A DNA stretch of 64,000 nt from the NCBI RefSeq assembly GCF_009914755.1, contig NC_060941.1; one strand, given 5' to 3'. Positions 38,003 to 60,099 of the stretch are shown here, one piece after another (the first letter of the stretch is position 1; each line of letters starts with the position of its first letter). This stretch comes from the human T2T-CHM13v2.0 reference genome, Homo sapiens. The position numbers and the translations under genes were made by a program. Below the pieces are notes generated by a model. That model was not told the origin of the DNA. It saw only the letters and a list, made by a program, of their open reading frames with translations, and searched no databases.

Positions 38003-38925
38003 TGAGATTGCTCTGCCCACCTACTCCTCATTTATTTATAGGGAGGCTAGGAGGGGCTGCAGCTCCCAAACCCCTCCCCTGGCCTCCTGACATCCCACCT
38101 TTAGAAATTTGATTCTTGGGGCCAGCATTTGCCCTCTCTACCCAACCTCATTAAAAAGCAAAATTCCTTGTAAGAGGTAATGGATGAAGTCGGGGGCAGT
38201 AGAGTATAGTGGTTCAAGGTGGGAGCTCTGGACGGCCTGGTTCAAATCCCAGCTATGCCAGTGCAGGGGTGGGGATGGGCTCTGGAAAGGGGGACGCATT
38301 TAAGTGGATGGATATGGAGGAGAGTCTCCTCAGGTGAATTATTAATCCCTCTTAGGCTCAGATTTCTTGCTTGTAGAACAGAATTGATAATAACTGATTC
38401 ACAGGGTTGTTGTGATAATTAAATGAGAAAATATACAGAAAGTCCTTAGCACAGCACTGTGTATACCCTAAGTGCTCAAAAAATGTTAGTTGCTAAGAAA
38501 GTGACAGTAATGATGGCGATGACCCCAAGGTCTTTAAGTGAATGAGGATTTTGGATCAGAAGACAAAGGCAGACAGAGCAGGGAAATGGGGTGGTTGGTG
38601 CAAGGAGACCTGGACTGGGGATTGGCCGACCTAGGTTCAAGACTGGGCTGGGCCACCAACTGACTGAGGACTTCAGACAAGTCCTTCTGGGCCCTAGGCC
38701 TCAGTTTCCCCATTAGTGACCTCTAACCCTGTTCTCTTTGGCTTTAAGGGGAGTGGAAGGGAAGGGGTCAGGGACACCACAGACCTGCTTTGTGGACTCC
38801 CCAGTTTTGTCCCTGCCTCTCTCCAGAAGGGCCTCGGTTTCCTTTTGCCCAGTACAGAGGCGAGAGCTAGGGCCTGGACGTGTGTGTCCCACTGTGACCC
38901 GCCCTCCTGTACATCCCTCCAACAG

Positions 38926-38993
38926 TGTGCAAGTGGAGCTGTGCTTTGCTTACAACCAGAGTGCCGGGAACCCCAACTACAGGCGAAACATCA
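38926..38993 (+). CDS. ITGA3: ITGA3 exon 11
   Basis: [22 protein letters not shown]; donor gtgagt. Confidence 0.97.
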
Positions 38994-39046
38994 GTGAGTG
39001 CTGGGGTGCAGCGTAAAAGGGGTACGCTCCCCTGTCCCCTTGCTGA

Positions 39047-39226
<180 letters not shown>

Positions 39227-39792
39227 TGAGGGCTCCCAGGTCCCTGGAGGAGGTGGCCAGTGTCCCCCTAGATCAAGGGTGAGGGACGGGGGTCTCCCCA
39301 GAGACAGAGGTTGGGGACATCGGTTTGGAAGGCTATTGGTGTGTAGGAGTACAGTGTACAGCACCCACACATGAGGAGTGATGGAGACCCTTGGGGTGGG
39401 GATGGGGCCAAAGGGCTTATTACCTCCAAGGAAAGTGAGGAGTGTGGGAGCTCTTGGCTCAGCCCACCTCTGGGAAAAGGGGTCCCTGAGTAGGGAGCAA
39501 GGTCAGTCCCTCTCTGGGACATCAGGGTGGAAGGGGAGAGCTCAACCTGGAGACCCTGTGGATGGGGAGGTGAAGGGACTTTTGAGGAGGAGAAGCCCTG
39601 TCTCTCCTCTTGGAGGGTCAGGATAGTAGGAAGTCGCAATTTGGCGACCGGACTGGAGGGAGTTCAGCCTAACTGTCAGGTTTTCAGGGTGGGGGGCGGG
39701 TCCAGCTCTTCTCTGGGGTTCAGGGTGGTGTGAGGATTCAGCTGGGGCAGGGAGCAGTGCAGGGCCGGGCTCAGCTCACCCTCTCTCCCCAG

Positions 39793-39942
39793 GACAACCT
39801 CCGTGACAAACTCCGCCCCATCATCATCTCCATGAACTACTCTTTACCTTTGCGGATGCCCGATCGCCCCCGGCTGGGGCTGCGGTCCCTGGACGCCTAC
39901 CCGATCCTCAACCAGGCACAGGCTCTGGAGAACCACACTGAG
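39793..39942 (+). CDS. ITGA3: ITGA3 exon 13
   Basis: [18 protein letters not shown]...ENHTE; donor gtgagt. Confidence 0.97.
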
Positions 39943-40050
39943 GTGAGTGGGGCTGGCGCCTGGACTGGAAGACCAGGGGCCAGAAGGGCGGTGGGGCGAG
40001 AGGGCACTGGGGGGGGTGGTGCGGCCTTCACACCTCCGGCCACCCCCCAG

Positions 40051-40148
40051 GTCCAGTTCCAGAAGGAGTGCGGGCCTGACAACAAGTGTGAGAGCAACTT
40101 GCAGATGCGGGCAGCCTTCGTGTCAGAGCAGCAGCAGAAGCTGAGCAG
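40051..40148 (+). CDS. ITGA3: ITGA3 exon 14 (genu CGPDNKC)
   Basis: [19 protein letters not shown]; AG/GT boundaries. Confidence 0.97.
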
Positions 40149-40440
40149 GTGGCTGTGGGCCGCCGGCCGCGTTAATCGGCCAAGGGTGGGACGGGGCCTC
40201 ATTAACTGGCAGGGTGGGGGCGGGGCCTCATGGCAAGGCGAGCCCAGGGACAGGGCTTTAGCGGGAACAGGTGGGATGGTCAGAAACGGGGCTTTCTCCT
40301 CCAGGTGCGACTAGAGGACGGGGCCTGGCTGTCCCAAGATGGGCTTTTCTCACCTAGGAGACCCCAGGGGCGGGGCCTAGTTGATCCGGGAGTGCCCTGG
40401 GGGCGGGGCTCTTGGCTGAGTCCTGGGCTCCTGCTCTCAG

Positions 40441-40588
40441 GCTCCAGTACAGCAGAGACGTCCGGAAATTGCTCCTGAGCATCAACGTGACGAACACCCG
40501 GACCTCGGAGCGCTCCGGGGAGGACGCCCACGAGGCGCTGCTCACCCTGGTGGTGCCTCCCGCCCTGCTGCTGTCCTCAGTGCGCCCC
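40441..40588 (+). CDS. ITGA3: ITGA3 exon 15
   Basis: [18 protein letters not shown]...GEDAHEA...SSVRP; donor gtgagt. Confidence 0.97.
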
Positions 40589-40845
40589 GTGAGTGCCCGC
40601 CGGCCGGCTCAGAGCCCAAGCAGGGCTCCCCGCGTCTTTGCATCCCCATATCCATGTCCTGTGCAGGTGTTGTCGTCTGCCACGTGCCCACCTCCTCTGG
40701 TCTGGGCCTTCTTGGGGGCCTTAGCGTCTCTGCTGCTTGGAGAATCCGGCTCTCAAGCTCTAGGGCTTCTGACCTTGCACCACAGAGGAGGGAGGACAAG
40801 CCCTACTTTGACCCGACCCTGACCTTATTCGCCTTCTTTCCTCAG

Positions 40846-40914
40846 CCCGGGGCCTGCCAAGCTAATGAGACCATCTTTTGCGAGCTGGGGAACCCCTTCA
40901 AACGGAACCAGAGG
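40846..40914 (+). CDS. ITGA3: ITGA3 exon 16
   Basis: [23 protein letters not shown]; donor gtgagc. Confidence 0.97.
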
Positions 40915-41500
40915 GTGAGCACCGGCCACATCCTCCCAGTCCTCCTGGGTCCCTGGCTGCACCTCTGATGAGCTCCTTGTCCTTCCAGCCTCTGCCTGCC
41001 TGCTTTCTGGGCTCCCTCGAAGTGGAGAGCCACAGTGCGGGAGGAGAGACTCAGTAGAGGGTGAGAAGAGGCCCAGAAACTAAGACAAATGGGGCTGCTA
41101 GGGAGCTGTGCACAAAGCTAGAGCAGGTGGAGGGGAGGAAACCAGTTTGACCAAGCACCAACTGTGTGCCAGCCCCTGAGCCCAACACTGTGCTTCTTTG
41201 ATATGATATAATTCTCACAGCCTTCTGAGGAGGTAGATGCTCTTTTACAGAAGAGGAAACACACACTTAGAAAGTTTCAGTTACCTGCTCAAGGTTATGT
41301 AGCTCAAAAGTAGCAGAGATGTGACCTGATGGAGAGAAAGGGGGAAAGGGAGGCAGAGGTGGGGTGGGGAGGTAGAGTCCCCTCACCCAGAATAGGAGGA
41401 GGAGGAGAAGGCCAGAAAGCCAACTAGAATAGTGTGCATCCCCTCCTTCCCCATGACATCACCCCCGCCAGGCCCCATATGCCACTCTCTGCCTCCCTGA

Positions 41501-41593
<93 letters not shown>

Positions 41594-41653
41594 TGAGTGA
41601 CCTCGAAAAGCCAGTCTGGGTCAGGGCTGAGGTATCTTGGATCACCTTCCTAA

Positions 41654-41794
<141 letters not shown>

Positions 41795-42290
41795 TAAGCT
41801 AGGGTTCCCTATCCCCAAGCTATCTCCCAAACTCCTCTGACCCCTCTCTTGGCCCAGTGTCCTCAGGCCTCCATTTTCCCTGGATCATCCTTTTCTTAAC
41901 AACAACAATCACTATCGTTACCGTTACTATTCCCCCTGTAAAGCAGGCAGAAATGGAGGAATCAGCAACCCCGGGGCTAAGGTGTTGTCCCTACCATTTT
42001 ATAAGAGCTCATTGTGCTAAGGATTTTATATACATCATCTCAATGACTTCTCACAGCAGCCCTGTGATACAACAGCTATGATTAAGTCCATTTTACAGAT
42101 GAGGAGACTGAGGCTCAGAGAGGATAAATAGCTTGCTTGAGTCCATAAAGCTTGTAAATGCAGAGCTGAGGTTTCTATTGAGGTGACTGATGTCAGAGGG
42201 GCTATAGTTAGCCAGCTTTGGTGCCCACCCCCCTCTGCCAGGGCCCTGGTCTCTTGTCCCCCGTGACTCCAGCATCCTTCTTACCCCTAG

Positions 42291-42393
42291 GGTAAATCAC
42301 CGGCTACAAAGCTTCTTTGGGGGGACAGTGATGGGTGAGTCTGGCATGAAAACTGTGGAGGATGTAGGAAGCCCCCTCAAGTATGAATTCCAG
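42291..42393 (+). CDS. ITGA3: ITGA3 exon 19
   Basis: [34 protein letters not shown]; donor gtaagg. Confidence 0.97.
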
Positions 42394-42524
42394 GTAAGGG
42401 GCTCGCCAGAGTCCTGGGCTGGGGACTTCTAGGAAGGATTATTTTTATTTTCTCTGGGGTCTGAAGGTGGGAGGGTTGGGGGTTGGTAAGATGGAGGTGG
42501 TTTTCCAGGAGATAATGACTATGA

Positions 42525-43025
<501 letters not shown>

Positions 43026-43662
43026 TGAGTGGCCAGGGCGAGGTTGGAGGGGATTGCATCCACCCCATCACAGGGTGCCTGGGCACCAGGGGCACACAAA
43101 GCAAGGGAGACCTCAGTGTGATGAGGTGATGAGGCCCCTGCTCTTGGGAGCCTCCAGACAGAGCAGGGAGCCTCATCTCCTGCCCTCAGAGGGTTCTCCA
43201 CTCTGATGGGGGAGGATTGAAGACAAGGGACCAAAGGAGGAGGCACTGGCTCTGCTCCAAGGAACCCCAGCCTGTTGGGGGCGATAGAGCTGCTCAGAGC
43301 TTTGGCCGGCAGGAGGCGGTGTCGGGCAGGGCAATGGTGGGTGGTGCGTGTGCCCTCTGCAGGAAAGGAGAGGAGAGCGGGCCTGGCAAGCCGGTTGAAG
43401 CCTAGCTGGGTGGAGAGTGGGAGGTGGTGTCCCAGGGGCAGGGAGCTGGCTGGGAAGCAGGTGTAGGCGGTTGGGCCCTGTTTACACAAGCAGGGGCCAG
43501 ATTCCATGTTATCCATGTGCCTGGCATTATATGAGCTTGGCCCAAAGAGTGTGTCTGAAATGCATAGCTGTGAGGTTGGGGGACGTGTGCATGAGTGAAA
43601 GGAAGTCAGACCCCTTTGGGTCACCCAGGGGTGAGACAAAGCCTGGAAGGGGCGGGAGGTAA

Positions 43663-43857
<195 letters not shown>

Positions 43858-43928
43858 TGAAGGTCTCTCCTACCATCCACCCTGAGGGGGAGAACAACAG
43901 GGAGAGGGCGAGTCCAGGGTCATAGCAT

Positions 43929-43929
<1 letters not shown>

Positions 43930-43966
<37 letters not shown>
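43930..43966. repeat. (GT)n microsatellite in intron 22
   Basis: Direct inspection. Confidence 0.95.
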
Positions 43967-43968
<2 letters not shown>

Positions 43969-44324
43969 TTTGCGTGTCTTTGCATGGATGTGTATGTGTT
44001 TGTCCCCAGCCAAAATGACCTTTCTCGTGTCCATTATTCTGTTATGTGTCCATTACTGTCCCACCTCCATGCCTTTCCCCAGGGTGTTCCTTAACCCTGG
44101 AATGCTCATTTCCCCTCTTTTATCTCTGCGTGTAAACCCCTATTTCGTTTTCAAGGTCCCTGTCAGATGCTTCACCATCAGTGAGCTCTTTTCTGGCTTT
44201 TCCAGCTGAAAATGACCTCTCTTCCAATGGCCACCCACCTAACTTTCTCAGAAGCCACACATGCCATTTATCACGCTCGACTCTGGGTTGCAATGCCTCA
44301 CGTGCCCACTTTCTCATGCCATCT

Positions 44325-44520
44325 AGACCAAACTTTTTCTGTACATGACTAGATTAGAAATCTTTTCAACTTGGCGGGCCATAGAGTTTCTGTTGCAACT
44401 ACTCAGTACTGCCATTGCACCACACAAACAGCCATAGACAAATGAATGGGTGTGGCCGTGCGCCAAAAATACTTCATTTACAACAGCAGGTGCCAGTCCA
44501 GATTTAGCCCACAGGCCTGA
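44325..44520. mobile_element. MER58-like DNA transposon relic
   Basis: gggccatagagtttctgttgcaactactc...gccatagacaaatgaatgggtgtggc resembles MER58A. Confidence 0.6.
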
Positions 44521-44770
44521 CCTAGACTGTGACCTTCATTGTTTCGGTTGTCCCCAGCATCCAGCACAGGACCTGACGCAGAAATGAATGAACAAATAAA
44601 TGAATGATGCGCATTTGTGTGTGGAGGGGAGGCCTGGCTGACAGATCCTTTGGGGTGCTGTTTAAGGATGCTACTTGGTGGGAGGGTGATGGGGTGGGAA
44701 AGCTTAGGGTCGGAGGTAGGCTCAGAGAAGTGTCAAGTGTTCCCCTTGACCCACCCCACTCCCAATCCAG

Positions 44771-44869
44771 GATTACAGAGACTTTGACCGAGTCCGGGTA
44801 AATGGCTGGGCTACCCTATTCCTCCGAACCAGCATCCCCACCATCAACATGGAGAACAAGACCACGTGG
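44771..44869 (+). CDS. ITGA3: ITGA3 exon 23
   Basis: [33 protein letters not shown]; donor gtgagt. Confidence 0.97.
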
Positions 44870-44959
44870 GTGAGTGCGCATGTTCACTAGGACAGCAGTC
44901 TCCAGCCAGAGCTTGAGAGTACAGGGCATCTTTTAAGAGGACACTGACGCACTTCAGCC

Positions 44960-45126
44960 ATATGGTTCTCAATCTTGGCCACACGGTAAGAGTATCTGGA
45001 GGAGTTCTGGTGTCTGGACTGCACCCAGAGCAATTAACCCCGGGTCCCTGGGAGTGGATTCCGGGATTGCTGTGTTTAAAGGTCCCCCAAGTGATGCTAA
45101 TGTGCAGCCAGGGCTGAGAACCACTG
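44960..45126. mobile_element. MER5-like hAT MITE
   Basis: Terminal inverted repeats ggttctca...tgagaacc; gtgatgctaatgtgcagccagggctgagaaccactg. Confidence 0.7.
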
Positions 45127-45469
45127 CATTAGCTTCCTTGATCTGCACAACGCCTCCATGAAGAGTAGGGCTGGGACTGCCTCTCTATTTTATGGCTGAG
45201 AGGCTGAGGCCTAGAGAGACTTGAGTGGCCTCCCCAAAGTGGCACAGCTTGTCAGGGGCTGGAACGTGGGTCTCCTGATTATCTCACCCATTGTCACGTC
45301 CACTATGGACCTGTGAGCTTCCCGCCACGGGCAATATGTATGTATAGAGAGAAAGGCAGGATATCAAGGCAGAATGGAGGGAGGTTCAGCCATGAGAACC
45401 TGGTGAGTATTGACAGATGATGTCATCATCTACGTGGCAGAAAAGAGAAGCAATGGAAAAGCTATTATT

Positions 45470-52238
<6,769 letters not shown>

Positions 52239-52826
52239 TTATGGAGTGTTTGCTGTGTAGCAGGTGTTGCTCTAAGCAGTTTTCTTATATCAAACACACT
52301 TAATTCTCCCCAGCAACCTATGAGAGAGGTAATATTCCCATTTTACAGATGAACAACAGAGAGGTTAAGTAACTTGCCAAGGCCAAACAGCTCGTGAATA
52401 GCAAACCTGGGCTAGAACCCAGGTAATGTGGCTCCAGAACCCCTGCTTTTGGTCGTTCTGCTATTCTATGAGGTAGTCATTATGATCCCCCTCATCAGAA
52501 AGCAGAAAGCATGAGATTCAGAGGGGTGCAATTACTTGTCCAAGGTCACACAGCTCATCAGGGAAGGAGCTGGTACCCAGGCCCAGATGTGTGGGTCACA
52601 CACCCAGACTCCAGGCCACCTCCCAGATCTGAGGCCGCTCCTCTGGAGTCAAGTCTGTGCCTGGGAGAAGCAGGAAGGACCACTGGACCTGCTGTCAGTG
52701 GGGCAGGCACAGGCTTTTTCCAGTCCCAGGCTGCCCCCTACTGGCAGCAGGACAAACAGCAGGTGCCTGGGCCCAGCTAGGATAGGAAGGGTGAGGATGG
52801 GCCCAAGCAGGCTGACACAGGGCTGA

Positions 52827-53216
<390 letters not shown>

Positions 53217-53298
53217 TGAGCCCCAGCCCCCAGGCTCCCCAGCCCTAAAGCCCTGGTCCACGAGTGCTGCTGGTGAGGATAGCCCAGCGCCCCCCTGA

Positions 53299-53439
<141 letters not shown>

Positions 53440-54213
53440 GGGGGCAGCCCCCCGCCCCCGGCCCACCTGGGTAACACGGCCTCCGGGCCCCCTTCCCCGA
53501 GCCCCACAGCTGGCCGGGCCTCTGACTCTGTCCTATCTGCTCCTCTTCCCTTATGGGCCTGCTCTGACCTCATTCTGTCCCCACCACCACCCCAAAGATC
53601 AGGTCACTCTGACTGTCCCTCCAGCCCCCTGGGTGTCTGGCTTTCATCAGCCTCCCCCTAAGCCCCTTGGTGACTTGGGACCCCATGAGGGAGGCATAAA
53701 TCCTCTCTGTGATGACCTTGCTTTCTGGGGATTGGAACAAGGTCAAGGGCAAGGCCAGGCCCCATCTCTGTAAACCACAGCCATGTCCAGAATAATTCTA
53801 CACTCCCATTTCCACCCCTAGGGAAGGAGGGGAGCAGTAGAGACCCTCCTCCTGGGAACTAGCCTGTTTCCTCCTGAGCAACCCTTCCAGGATAACAAAT
53901 GGACCCATTCCCAACATTGTGGTCAGGGTAGACTGCCCAGTCTTCCTGGCCATTCCATCCACTGTCTCTGCAGCTGCCCTCGGTCTCCATCTGCCTCTTC
54001 CTCTGCTCTCTGCCTTCCTCAACTCCTTCTTCCTCTGGGGCCTGGGGTGGAGAAACTCATCCTCCGTATCTCAGTGCAGAGAGATGGGATGCGTTTCGGT
54101 CAAGAGTTCTGGCTTTGAGGAGTTCTGGGTGGGAGAGGGAGAGGCCTGGCACTCCTTCCTGGTGGCTCAAACTCTGGATGCTAATGTTCTTTCTCTTCTC
54201 CCTCCAACTCCAG

Positions 54214-54369
54214 TGTGACTTCTTTAAGCGGACCCGCTATTATCAGATCATGCCCAAGTACCACGCAGTGCGGATCCGGGAGGAGGAGCGCTACCCACCT
54301 CCAGGGAGCACCCTGCCCACCAAGAAGCACTGGGTGACCAGCTGGCAGACTCGGGACCAATACTACTGA
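54214..54369 (+). CDS. ITGA3: ITGA3 exon 26 coding part: alpha3B cytoplasmic tail (used when exon 25 is skipped)
   Basis: Polypyrimidine tract + cag; CDFFKRTRYYQIMPKYHAVRIREEERY...RDQYY*; total 1066 aa. Confidence 0.95.
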   Translation, partial: CDFFKRTRYYQIMPKYHAVRIREEERYPPPGSTLPTKKHWVTSWQTRDQYY

Positions 54370-55563
54370 CGTCCTCCCTGATCCCACCCCCTCCTCCCCC
54401 AGTGTCCCCTTTCTTCCTATTTATCATAAGTTATGCCTCTGACAGTCCACAGGGGCCACCACCTTTGGCTGGTAGCAGCAGGCTCAGGCACATACACCTC
54501 GTCAAGAGCATGCACATGCTGTCTGGCCCTGGGGATCTTCCCACAGGAGGGCCAGCGCTGTGGACCTTACAACGCCGAGTGCACTGCATTCCTGTGCCCT
54601 AGATGCACGTGGGGCCCACTGCTCGTGGACTGTGCTGGTGCATCACGGATGGTGCATGGGCTCGCCGTGTCTCAGCCTCTGCCAGCGCCAAAACAAGCCA
54701 AAGAGCCTCCCACCAGAGCCGGGAGGAAAAGGCCCCTGCAATGTGGTGACACCTCCCCCTTTCACACTGGATCCATCTTGAGCCACAGTCACTGGATTGA
54801 CTTTGCTGTCAAAACTACTGACAGGGAGCAGCCCCCGGGCCGCTGGCTGGTGGGCCCCCAATGACACCCATGCCAGAGAGGTGGGGATCCTGCCTAAGGT
54901 TGTCTACGGGGGCACTTGGAGGACCTGGCGTGCTCAGACCCAACAGCAAAGGAACTAGAAAGAAGGACCCAGAACGGCTTGCTTTCCTGCATCTCTGTGA
55001 AGCCTCTCTCCTTGGCCACAGACTGAACTCGCAGGGAGTGCAGCAGGAAGGAACAAAGACAGGCAAACGGCAACGTAGCCTGGGCTCACTGTGCTGGGGC
55101 ATGGCGGGATCCTCCACAGAGAGGAGGGGACCAATTCTGGACAGACAGATGTTGGGAGGATACAGAGGAGATGCCACTTCTCACTCACCACTACCAGCCA
55201 GCCTCAGAAGGCCCCAGAGAGACCCTGCAAGACCACGGAGGGAGCGACACTTGAATGTAGAATAGGCAGGGGGCCCTGCCCCACCCCATCCAGCCAGACC
55301 CCACGCTGACCATGCGTCAGGGGCCTAGAGGTGGAGTTCTTAGCTATCCTTGGCTTTCAGAGCCAGCCTGGCTCTGCCCCCTCCCCCATGGGCTGTGTCC
55401 TAAGGCCCATTTGAGAAGCTGAGGCTAGTTCCAGAAAACCTCTCCTGACCCCTGCCTGTTGGCAGGCCCACTCCCCAGCCCCAGCCCCTTCCATGGTACT
55501 GTAGCAGGGGAATTCCCTCCCCCTCCTTGTGCCTTCTTTGTATATAGGCTTCTCACGGCGACC

Positions 55564-55569
55564 AATAAA
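55564..55569 (+). terminator. ITGA3: ITGA3 polyadenylation signal AATAAA
   Basis: AATAAA about 1.2 kb after the alpha3B stop, with an upstream TGTA element at 55539. Confidence 0.85.
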
Positions 55570-55668
55570 CAGCTCCCAGTTTGTATGCAGCTGCATCTGC
55601 TTCCACCCACTCCCCAGCCTTTACCAACCCCAGGTCAATGGATGATGATATCATCCAGCCAACACCTA

Positions 55669-56076
<408 letters not shown>

Positions 56077-57702
56077 TCAGTCATAGAGATCCAGAACAGA
56101 AGATGAGGGGTAAGCCTTGGGAGATCTGGATGAAACCCAGAACGCCTTCTTGGAGGACAGTGTGCTGACCCTGGGGAGGGACGAGCAGGCAGAGGTGGCA
56201 GTGTGCAGGGTCGGGAAGAGGTAAAAGCTACTCAGCTGTAGGAACAGGCAGTCCTGGCAGGCTGTGGAGGGAGGCTGGGTGCAAGGGTGGAGAGAGGAGA
56301 GCCCTTAGTCGGGCTGAATTCAGGTAAGAGCCTGCTTTCCTGCCTTGGTTTCCCCACAACCACCACCAGGCGCCAATAAGAGATCAGAAGGTAAACCACT
56401 GATCCAAGGCTGCAGAGACTGAACTGTCACAAGGTCCAGCCTCCAGGAGCTGAGAGCTCTGGTCTTTCAGAAGCTCCTTGGGAGTGTTTGAGCGCCTGGC
56501 TTACATGGCAACAGCACGTGGATCAAGCCTTCGCTTTGCTTCCTGCCATGTCCTGGGTTCCCAAAGCAGCTTCCTCCTTTGCCCTCGGTTTGTCCCCTCC
56601 ACACAGGCCTGGGGAACGGAGTAAGGCTGTTCCCCCTGTGACCTGGAATGTGGCCTAGGTCCTTCTGTTAATTTTCCTTAAGGCTGTGAACTTTGGCAAG
56701 ACTTCACTGGAGGCTGGAAATTGCTACCCAGAGAAGCGCAGAGGTAGAAGCCAGGTCAGATATGCTCAGAGCTCACAGACCCAGGCTGTTCTGGGAGACC
56801 CACCTGATGCCTGGGTGCCTCCCAGCCTCCTTGTGGTGGCAGCTGCCTGCCCCACCTCCCTCCACCAGCGCTCAGCTCACAACAGGGTTCTGGGCCCAAT
56901 GTCCGCCCCTTTCCCTCTCCTCACTTTCTGTGCCGGGATTTGCCCCTTCCCAGGGTGACTGACAATGGAATGTCCACTTTCCCAAGGAAAACCCTAGCCC
57001 CTACCCGGAGCTGCCAAGCTCTCAGAACCCAGTGAATGGAGACCACACTTTATTTTCTAGAATCTGGGATCCAGTTCTTTGGGCATAACATGTGTGGGTT
57101 GTCAAAGCTCGGCCCAGTCTTGTCCTTACAGCCACTTCCTGCTTAAGACAGGGGTGTTGACACATCCCTCTGGCCAGTTTCACAGACCCCCTAGTCTCCT
57201 GTGAGCCACTGCTTGAGGAAGACCCCCCACACACACACACACACTCTTGAGGATAGGTCATTTTCAGAACTAGCGTGAGCTACATATTATGAAAGAAACA
57301 TAACTGGCAGAGATATAGCAATGCCCACTGTAAAAGAACCCTCTGCAATGCCAAGTTTCTTGAGCTCCTTGGAGAGTCCCCCCCCACCAACCCACACTGT
57401 ACATATAGTGGGAGATTTGGGAATCGGTGGGGGTGCAGTTTACCTCGGCATCACCTAACCAAACTTGACTATGATGTACCACATCACACCACTGCTGTTA
57501 GCACCCTGCAGCAGGCTCTGCAGAAAGAGTTCTTATCCAAGCACAGAGCCCACATTATGGAAGTCCAGCCTAAGGTGAGGGTCATGGGAAATCTCTTTCC
57601 CTCTCCTACACCTAGCCTTAGAGGCCACGGCCTTTTCCTTGTTACTTTAATTTTGACAATAACAGCAATAGCTACCATTTATTGCTAGGCACAGAAATAA
57701 GC

Positions 57703-57980
57703 CTTTTTTTTTTTTTTTTTTTTTTTTGAGACCGGGTCTCAGTCAGTTACCCAGATTGGAGTGCCGTGGCACAATCATGGCTCTGGCTCACTGCAGCCTT
57801 GACCTCTGGGGCTCAAGGAATCTTCCTACTTCAGCCTCCCAAGTAGCTGGGACTATAGGTACATGCCACCACACTCAGCTAATTTTATATTTTTTGTAGG
57901 GACAAGATCTTGCTATGCTGCCCAGGCTGGTCTCGAACTCCTGGGCTCAAGCAATCCTCCTACCTCAGCCTCCCAAAGTG
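57703..57980 (-). mobile_element. AluJ-like element
   Basis: Poly-T plus antisense Alu. Confidence 0.9.
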
Positions 57981-58310
57981 AGGGCCAGGTTTTTTTGTAC
58001 ATAATATTCTATATATTATTCTGTACACTTGAAAACTGCACTCACCAGCATCATCAATCACGTCCTAATTGCTAGCCCAGTGGATGTTTGGTGGTTCTCT
58101 GGAATATCTCTGTGGTGTGCTCCTCTGCTTGCCCTGTCTTCTTTTTCACCCTGTCCTCCCTACTAGGTGCTGAGTACTGCCTGATGCTAGAGATAGGGCA
58201 GTGAATAAGACAGATACAACCCCTGCCCTGCCCTCACGGAGCTTAAAGTCTAGCGGGAAAACAGATCAGTTGGCAAACAATTTTCACTCAATTGATAAGA
58301 GCTACCATCA

Positions 58311-60095
<1,785 letters not shown>

Positions 60096-60099
60096 CTGC

